From Eledone cirrhosa (taxonomy: Eukaryota), in NCBI GenBank assembly GCA_964016885.1, contig OZ024742.1:181660001-181724000 (forward strand): a stretch of 64,000 nt of DNA, written 5' to 3'. The notes beneath the pieces were generated by a model that did no database searches, was not told where the DNA came from, and saw only the letters and a list, made by a program, of their open reading frames with translations. Below, piece by piece: positions 54,486 to 64,000 of the stretch (its first letter is position 1; every line of letters starts with the position of its first letter). A program made the translations under genes and the position numbers.

Positions 54486-55930
54486 GGTTGCGTAGGTGGC
54501 CTCGCGGTGGGGTGAGTGGTGTTAGGGATGTTGGGGGTGTTGGTGGTGTTGATGTTGGTGTTGGTGTGTGTGTGTGTGTTGGTTGCGTAGGTGGCCTCAC
54601 GGTGGTGTTAGGGATGTTGGGGGTGTTGGTGGTGCTGGTGATGTTGGTGAAGGTGGTATTGGTGTTGGTGTCAGTAGTTGCGGGTTGGGGGCTGAAGTTG
54701 TTGGTGGTGTTGGTGTTGGTGTGAGTGTGTGTTTGTGTTGGTGTGTGTGGTTGTTGCGTAGGTGGCCTCGCGGTGGGGTGAGTGGTGTTAGAGACGTTGG
54801 GGTTATTGGTGGTGCTGGTGATTTTAGTGGTGGTGCCAGTAGTGGCGGGTTGGGGGCAGAAGTTGTTGGTGGTGTTGGTGCTGGTGTTGGTGAGTGTTTT
54901 TTTGTGTGTGTTGGTTGCGTAGGTGGCGTAGCGGTGGTGTGTGTGGTTTGGGGCATGTTGGTGAAGGTGGTGCCAGTACGGTAGGCTAGAGTAGAAGTTG
55001 TTGGTGCTGGTGGTGTCGGTGGTGGTACCCGCACTGGTGGGTTGTGCAGAAGTTGTTGGTGTTGGTGATGGCGTTGGTGGTAGTGCTGGCGTTGGTGTCG
55101 GCGATGGTGTTGGTGTTGTGGTGATGGTGTTGGTGTTGGGGTTGGTGTCGGCGATGGTGTTGGTGTTGTGGTGATGGTGTTGGTGTTGGGGTTGGTGTCG
55201 GCGATGGTGTTGGTGTTGTGGTGTTGGTGATGGTGTTCGTGGTAGTGCTGGCGTTGGTGTCGGCGATGGTGTTGGTGTTGTCGTGTTGGTGATGGTGTCG
55301 GTGTTGTGGTGTTGGTGATGGTGTTGGTAGTAGTGCTGGCGATGGTGTCGGTGTTGTGGTGTTGGTGATGGTGTTTGTGGTAGTGCTGGCGATGGTGCTG
55401 GCGATGGTGTCGGTGTTGTGGTGTTGGTGATGGTGTTTGTGGTAGTGCTGGCGTTGGTGCTGGCGATGGTGTCGGTGTTGTGGTGTTGGTGATGGTGTTT
55501 GTGGTAGTGCTGGCGATGGTGTCGGTGTTGTGGTGTTGGTGATGGTGTTTGTGGTAGTGCTGGCGCTGGTGCTGGCGATGGTGTCGGTGTTGTGGTGTTG
55601 GTGATGGTGTTGGTGGTAGTGCTGGCGATGGTGTTGGTGTTGTGGTGTTGGTGATGGTGTTTGTGGTAGTGCTGGCGTTGGTGTCGGCGATGGTGTCGGT
55701 GTTGTGGTGTTGGTGATGGTGTTTGTGGTAGTGCTGGCGATGGTGTTGGTGTTGGCGATGGTGTCGGTGTTGTGGTGTTGGTGATGGTGTTTGTGGTAGT
55801 GCTGGCGATGGTGTCGGCGATGGTGTCGGTGTTGTTAGTAGTTGTGCTGGTATTGGTAGTATTGCTGGCGGTGTTGGTGGTGCTGTCAGTGGTGTAATTT
55901 GTGGTGCTTGTGTTGTGGGTTTTGCTGATA
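53680..55930. repeat. GT-rich minisatellites (~100-127-bp ggttgcgtaggtggcctc unit, then a GGT/GTT-based unit)
   Basis: About 11 copies of the marker between 53686 and 54926. Confidence 0.85.
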
Positions 55931-56199
55931 GAGGTAGTTGTGGTGGTGGGATTGTGGAAGCGGAAGAGGATGGAATGGAAGCCGGAAGAAGGAAGTCATA
56001 ACTTGATGCAAACTGATTGTCATTTATATGCACCGAAGCTCGTGCACACTCACACACGCATATACACAATACACACACTCTTCATATATATACATATACA
56101 CACACACACTCATGCACATATGCACAGCACACGCAATCACAGACATGTGCACACTATTACAAATACACACATTCTCAAACACAAACATACAAACATACG

Positions 56200-56944
56200 C
56201 ACATATACACACAAACACATATACACACTCATATGTACACATTCATACACACATATATATACACATGAATACACATATACACACATATATATATACACAT
56301 GAATACACATATACACACATATATATATACACATGAATACACATATACACACACATATATATACACATGAATACACATATACACACATATATATATACAC
56401 ATGAATACACATATACACACATATATATACACATGAATACACATATACACACATATATATATATATACACATGAATACACATATAGACACATATATATAT
56501 ACACATGAATACACATATACACACATATATATATAGACATGAATACATATATACACACATATATATACACATGAATTACCAATGAATACACATACAAATA
56601 TATACATATTCATACACACGAATACATACACATATATACACATTCATACACACAAACAGACACACATTTATACGCATTCATACACACGAATACACACACA
56701 TATATACACACATTCATTCACACGCATACACATACATATATACACACATTCATACAGACGCATACACATACATATATATATATACACAGGAATAGAAATA
56801 CATATATATATATATATACATTCATACACACGAATACACATACATATATACACACGAATACACATACATATATACATACATTCATCCACAGGAATACACA
56901 TACATACACACGCATACACATATATATACACATTCATACACATT

Positions 56945-57008
<64 letters not shown>

Positions 57009-58950
57009 TGAATAGACATACTTATATATACACACATTCATACACACGAATATACATACATATATACACACATTCATACACACGAATACACATACATATA
57101 TACACACATTCATACACAGGAATACACATATATACACACATTCATACACACGAATACACATACATATATACACACATTCATACACAGGAATACATACACA
57201 TATATAAATATAGAGACATTCATACACACGCATACACATACATATATATACACATTCATACACACGAATACACATACATATATATATACACACAGGAATA
57301 CATATATATATATATATATATACACACAGGTATACACATATATATATATATACACACATGAATACACATATATATATATATACACACACAGGAATACACA
57401 TATATATATATACATACATTCATACACACACATACACATACATATATATACACATTCATACACACGAATACACATACATATATATATACACACAGGAATA
57501 CACATATATATATATATACACACAGGTATACACATATATATATATATACACACAGGTATACACATATATATATATACACACAGGAATACACACATATATA
57601 TATATACACACAGGAATACACACATATATATATATACACACAGGAATACACATATATATATATATACACACAGGAATACACATATATATATATATACACA
57701 CAGGAATACACATACATATATATATACACACAGGAATACATATATATATATATATATATACACACAGGTATACACATATATATATATATACACACAGGAA
57801 TACACATATATATATATATACACACACAGGAATACACATATATATATATACATACATTCATACACACACATACACATACATATATATACACATTCATACA
57901 CACGAATACACATACATATATATATACACACAGGAATACACATATATATATATATACACACAGGTATACACATATATATATATATACACACAGGTATACA
58001 CATATATATATATACACACAGGAATACACACATATATATATATACACACAGGAATACACATATATATATATATACATACATTCATACACACACATACACA
58101 TATATACACATTCATACACACGAATACACATACATATATATATACACACAGGAATACACATATATATATATATACACACAGGTATACACACATATATATA
58201 TATACACACAGGAATACACATATATATATATATATACACACACGAATACACACATATATATATACACACACAGGAATACACATATATATATATACACACA
58301 GGAATACACACATATATATATATACACACAGGAATACACACATATATATATATACACACAGGAATACACATATATATATATACATACATTCATACACACA
58401 CATACACATACATATATATACACATTCATACACACGAATACACATACATATATATATATATATATATACACAGGAATACACACATATATATATATACACA
58501 CAGGTATACATATATATATATATATATATACACACAGGAATACACACATATATATATATGCACACAGGAATACACATATATATATATACACATTCATACA
58601 CACACATACACATACATATATATACACATTCATACACACGAATACACATACATATATATATATACACAGGAATACACACATATATATATATATACACACA
58701 CAGGTATACACATATATATCTATATACACACAGGAATACACATATATATATATACACATTCATACACACACATACACATACATATATATACACATTCATA
58801 CACACGAATACACATACATATATATATATACACACAGGAATACACATATATATATATACACATTCATACACACACATACATATATATACACATTCATACA
58901 CACGAATACACATACATATATATACACATTCATACACACGACTACACATA
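56200..58950. repeat. ~24-26-bp minisatellite (tatacacacaggaatacaca) with higher-order structure
   Basis: Seen directly. Confidence 0.9.
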
Positions 58951-58951
58951 C

Positions 58952-59121
58952 ATCATCATATTTATTCCCTCCTCCTCCTCGTCGTCATCATTATCAAATT
59001 ATTACCATCGTCATCACCATCACCATCACCATCATCATCATCAGCTCATCATCATCATTGTCACCACCATCACCATCATCATCACCATCACCATCACCAT
59101 CATCATCATCATCATCATCAT

Positions 59122-59153
<32 letters not shown>

Positions 59154-59660
59154 CCATCGCCATAACCATCACCACCACCACCACCATCATCATCGTCGTC
59201 GTAGTCGTCCTCATCACCGTTATCTTCATCATCATCAACATCATCAGCGTCAACGTTATCGTCAACTTTGTCAAATTCCTCATCGTTGTCATCATCATCA
59301 TCATCATCACCATCATGGTCGTCGACGTCATTGTCATCGACATCATCGCCATCATCATCGTCAACGCCATCATCATCTTTGTCATCGTCATCATCGTCGT
59401 TATCATCATCATCATCATCATCATCGTCAACAGTATCATCATCTTTGTCATCGTCATCATCGTCGTTATCATCATCATCATCAACATCATCGTCAACAGT
59501 ATCATCATCTTTGTCATCGTCATCATCGTCGTTATCATCATCATCATCATCAACATCGTCAACGCCATTAACATCCTCATCGCCATCAACATCGTCTACG
59601 CCATCGTTATCTTCATCGTCATCTCCATCGCCATCACCATCGTCAACGTCATCATCGATC
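58952..59660. repeat. (CAT/CGT/CAC)n trinucleotide region
   Basis: Seen directly. Confidence 0.9.
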
Positions 59661-59786
59661 GAACGCAGGAAGTGTGAAATACAAAGTGAACATTTAACTA
59701 CGCAGCCATGTTTACATTTGTATCCAAGATCTGACCGGAATCTCGCTTCCTTCGTATCTTAGTTTCTTTCTCAGTCTATCTACCAC

Positions 59787-61376
59787 GTGACAGTAATGGT
59801 GTCGAGCGCATAGCAAATCGAGAAAGTCGGCACCTTACTGAAGGAATACGAAAGGTTCACAGGAGCGAAGCTGAACCGGTTTGCAACTCAGTTCGTGGAG
59901 AGACAGACTGATACCTTCCGATGGCGTCGTCGGACGCTGGACGGAAGGACCAGTAAAGCTGCTCGGAGTCTGGTTTGGTTCGGACCTCCAGGTGGAGAAG
60001 AACTGGAACGAGGTGTCGGCCAAGGTGTTTGCACTCACCCAGAAGTGGGCCGAGTGAAAACTATCCTTGAAAGGTCGAGCGGAGGTGGCGAACACTTTTA
60101 TAGCGTCCGCCATCTACTACCGCTTGACCGTCGTGCCTTGTCCAGCCAAAATGCTCGCCAAAATGGAGCGCGCGCTCTTCCAATTCCTTTGGAAGAGGCG
60201 GGCTCCTTTGGTGAGAAGATCCATCTGCTGCCAACACCCTTCCAACGGAGGGCTGGGGATGCCGTGGCTGACGATGCGCAAACACGCGCTCAGGCTGCGG
60301 CATCTCTACGGTGTGGGCCCCGTTCGTGAGGCGAGCCTTCCCACGACTCGTCTCGCTGACCGAGCTGCAGTCCTGGGTCAAGCAAAGACCGAGGAAAATG
60401 GGCGACTGGCACATCGAATGCGCTCAGGCGCTCACAGCCCTCTGGCAGGCGGACCCGGCGATCAGTGGAGACTCCACTTCGTCATTCTATAGAGGGTTGA
60501 TCCGCAGCAAGTGCGACGACGCGCTCGGTGAACTCTAGGCGTAGAGGAAGATGAACTGGCCAGTCTGTTCGATAGGACCTTCCGCCCGGGACCGATGGAC
60601 AACTTCCAAAAGTCCCTGGCCTGGCAGTGCTACCGAGGAGCTCTACCAGTTCGAGACAAGCTCTACAGACATGGGCGCCCGGGAAGGGACCCTGCAAAAA
60701 AGATCTGTCCGAGGTGCGTGCGAGACGAAGAAACCGTCGCGCACGCATTCATACACTGCCCGGGCGTCACTGACTTGTGGGGCTATGTAGAACGACTATT
60801 GTCGCGGGTGGGACCAATCCGGTTGACCACCGAGTCCATTGTCATGATCAAACCGCCACCCTCCTTCAAAAACGGAGATGCGGTTTTCCTTTGTGTGATA
60901 GCTATGGCGAAAGAGGTTGTATGGTGGACAAGGTTGAAAGGGCTGAGGTCAGACACCTTTCTCTCCGGCCAACAACTGATTCTTTAATTCAAATACCACT
61001 TTGGAAGAAGAATCAGGATGGAGAGAGAGGTGCTGTACCCCAGCAAGTTTTATGAAAGGTGGGTGAAAGTGGCGAGAATGGCCCGAGTGAATGGGCCTTC
61101 TCTCTATATCAGCGTGTAGGTTGAGAAAAAGGAGGAGGAGAGGAAAGGAGTACAAACTCTTCGTACTCCTGGAGATGAGGGTTGCACATTTTCTTTCGGG
61201 GGTATGTGTTACCCATATGTAATGTCTCCCCCTATTGGGGAAAATCGATTAATTTTTAAATTACATTTGTGATAATATTTTACACGTTTTTATTGTATGT
61301 AAACTTCCCCCTTTGTATTTGTCCCCTTCTTTTGTGCACCTGTGGCTAATAAAGAAACATATCTATCTATCTATCT
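59787..61376 (+). mobile_element. 5'-truncated Tx1/L1-clade LINE: ORF2 C-terminus, 3' UTR and (ATCT)n tail
   Basis: YERFTGAKLN, LLGVWFG, NGGLGMP, zinc finger CPRC...ETVAHAFIHC; aataaagaaacatatctatctatct end. Confidence 0.85.
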
Positions 61377-61575
61377 TGATAGAGTAAGACACGCTTCACA
61401 TCGGCTCCGCTATTCCATCGGAATTTACCCTTACTATAGTAAGTACCAGAGAATTTTTCAGTGCAACATATTTGAAACACTTACCCCTGTTATTTAGGGA
61501 AACATTTTTACATTTACCCCCTTTTAGGAGGTAAAATAAATATCTATTTTGCTGTAAAATCTCTTTCTTGGCAGC

Positions 61576-63000
61576 ATGGCGGAAAAGATGGCAGACATGT
61601 CTGCCATTAGCTCTGCCACGCCCCCCAAGTCTGAAGAACAAAAAGAAATAGATACAACAAAACTAGACAACGAAACAAACAAGGAAAATGAAAAAACAAA
61701 TGTTACGGAAAATGAGCAAACGGAAAACAAACAAACAGAAAATAAGAACACAAATAACAACAAGGCAACTTTCGCCCAGAAAACAAAACAGTCCATAACA
61801 TATACACCAATAGACTTAACTGCCGCCAGAGAAAAACTGGCAGAAGCAAAAAAACCTATAGTCTTGGGGGAGAACGGAATGTTTTCCATTAACTCCCCCC
61901 CAGAATTCAAGAAAGCGAGAACAGAGAGCACAGTTCTCTTCAGAACAATATTAAACCAAACGAGAAAGCCAGCACAGCCCAGCCAAATGGAGATAGAGTT
62001 GGTCCTAAAAGACTATATGAAAAATATTCTCTTCATACGAAAGGACCGACTCTATGGCAGCATTTCGGTCTTAACAAAAGACAAGGAAACGGCGCAGAAG
62101 CTTTCCCTAAGCCCACTCTCATCAACAACATACAGCTTCTATCCCTCCTACATGGGTAGAAGAACACAGAGAGTCAAAGTACAAACAATGCTGCCCACAA
62201 TGGACTTCTGGTGGGCTATTGCTGGCTTCATAGACATGGGCGAGGACACAGTGCTGTCAATGGGGAAGGCATCTGGAGATGCGTTCCTGGGAATGGGCCT
62301 CGACCTACTAGTCCAAATGAGGCCCGAAAGAGTGGCACAAATCCCGGATCGCATCTGGCTGGATGACCTCACCCCAATAGATATAATTGTAGAGGGGAGA
62401 AGACCAGCATGCTATTTATGCACGGAAAGGGGACACGTTAAGGCTAACTGCCCGAAACGTATCCCCCAAAAAGGACTATTGCCCACACCCACCACAAACA
62501 GTACACCAACACCACCCACCTCCAAAAATACACTAATACCACACACAGCAAACAAAATACAGACACCACCAACCACAAGCACAACACAAACATCACCACC
62601 ACCAGCACCAAACACAAGCACGACACAAAAATCACCACCACCATCACCAACCACAACACAAACATCACCACCACCATCACCAACCACAAGCACGACACAA
62701 ACATCACCACCACCACCACAAAACGCATTCCAAACAGATAATAAAAAAAAACAGCAACAAATCTACCCCTCCCGCAAAAAAAAACAACCAGACACCACGT
62801 CCCTCCCACCTAGCGCTGAAGAGTTTCCCCCAACTTCTGAAGAAGAAGGAGGAGAAGCCTTCAGACACGTTAAAAGAAAAAAAAGAAAGCACACACCCAG
62901 CACACCACAAATAACCCACACACAAACACCAACTCCAATCAAAAACACCCACCCTCAACAAACAAAATTAAATCTGCACCTCCCCTCTCCGAAACATTGA
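61576..63000 (+). CDS. Tx1/L1-clade LINE ORF1 (gag-like, CCHC zinc knuckle, Pro/Thr-rich tail)
   Basis: VEGRRPACYLCTERGHVKANCP; precedes the EN ORF; probably frameshifted, continuing to ~63424. Confidence 0.85.
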   Translation: MAEKMADMSAISSATPPKSEEQKEIDTTKLDNETNKENEKTNVTENEQTENKQTENKNTNNNKATFAQKTKQSITYTPIDLTAAREKLAEAKKPIVLGENGMFSINSPPEFKKARTESTVLFRTILNQTRKPAQPSQMEIELVLKDYMKNILFIRKDRLYGSISVLTKDKETAQKLSLSPLSSTTYSFYPSYMGRRTQRVKVQTMLPTMDFWWAIAGFIDMGEDTVLSMGKASGDAFLGMGLDLLVQMRPERVAQIPDRIWLDDLTPIDIIVEGRRPACYLCTERGHVKANCPKRIPQKGLLPTPTTNSTPTPPTSKNTLIPHTANKIQTPPTTSTTQTSPPPAPNTSTTQKSPPPSPTTTQTSPPPSPTTSTTQTSPPPPQNAFQTDNKKKQQQIYPSRKKKQPDTTSLPPSAEEFPPTSEEEGGEAFRHVKRKKRKHTPSTPQITHTQTPTPIKNTHPQQTKLNLHLPSPKH

Positions 63001-63429
63001 CAGCATCACAAAAAAAGACGTTGCAATACACATATATAAATAAAGAAAACAAAAAACTGTTTAAATTAATAAAGAATAGCCCTTTGGTGCAGACCGAAGG
63101 GCCAAACTTTATCTCAACAGAGAACTTCACCCATTTAAAAATGATAAAGGTCCCTTTGGACCTTTATCGTTCCTTAAAAGAACAATTTAGACAGGAAGTG
63201 AGCCCCCCCCCCCCTGTTTAAAACCGTTAAATCGCATCCTCTTGAAAGATTTCCCCATAACCTCCCCTCTCCCTGATACAACTCCAAATACCCCAACCCC
63301 ACCACACTCGGGTACCCCCACACCACCACAAAACATCCCTCCACCCAACACACCTGACGCCATGGAAATTACACAACCCGGAAAGGTAGGTGCTTTTCTT
63401 TCTTCACTTTCAACACCAAAATAAATCAA

Positions 63430-64000
63430 TTGAGAGTTGGCTGTTTGAACGCGCGTGGCCTGGGCTCAGCTTGGAAGCAAGCAAAGCTTCTCAGTGACCT
63501 CAGGTCACGAAGTATAGATGTGATGGTTGTTTGCGAGAGTCGGATCAGCAGCGTGCGACAGCTGGCTCCCGCCTTCGATGACTTTGAGATGCACGCATCT
63601 CTCTGTCAACCCGGAGGCGGGGTGGGGGGAGTTGCTGTACTGCTGGATAAACGTCTGGCTCTCGACGTACAAATTGTTCACTCGGACCCTGGGGGTCGAT
63701 TACTGGTGCTGGACGTCGGAGGCGGTGAAGGCGGAGCTTTCAGACTGGTCGGTCTTTATGCCCCCTTCGGGGCTGAAAGAGCCGACTTCTTCCAGCGTCT
63801 GGAGACTTTTCTAGGAACGTTGCGTTCCCTGCTTTTAGTGGGGGACTGGAATGGAATCCTAGATGCGCGTTGGGACTATGCAGGGGCATGTCCCGATAGA
63901 GGGGGTGTAGCAGCCTCAAGGGGTTACTCGATCGATTCGACCTGGTCGATAGATTTCGACTAGATTGTCCAACTGCGCCAACCTGGACCTGGGCAAACCG
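63430..64000 (+). CDS. Tx1/L1-clade LINE ORF2 endonuclease N-terminus (frameshift near 63905; runs off the window)
   Basis: GCLNARGL, GGVAVL, GRLLVLD, LYAP, VGDWN. Confidence 0.85.

Noticed and set aside
54597-56078. 493-aa mucin-like Pro/Thr ORF
   Set aside because: Low-complexity minisatellite with composition switching that indicates frameshifts; no domain or splice support
58950-59762. Poly-His, poly-Ser and poly-Met ORFs
   Set aside because: (CAT)n trinucleotide repeat that is open in every frame

Overview
This is AT-rich, microsatellite-saturated animal DNA, most likely from an octopus or other cephalopod (inferred from the SINE families). No confident host gene is visible. The window is a nest of transposable elements: Penelope-like elements (PLE; RT plus C-terminal GIY-YIG), a full-length Ingi/Vingi-type LINE, fragments of CR1, RTE, R4-like, CRE-like and Tx1/L1-like LINEs, a Helitron, hAT and Tc1 MITEs, and many tRNA-derived SINEs. 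The ORF track misses a very high density of self-cleaving ribozyme motifs. I found about 25 hammerhead (HHR) cores, intact to degenerate, from roughly ten sequence families. They include an apparently perfect tandem array of 310-bp HHR-bearing, non-coding units (9556-11290; retrozyme/circRNA-like), a second ~430-bp HHR tandem family, and a 1.4-kb non-coding HHR element with extra structured-RNA domains. An HDV-like ribozyme sits exactly at the 5' end of the Ingi/Vingi LINE. All structures were folded by eye and none has been computed or tested.
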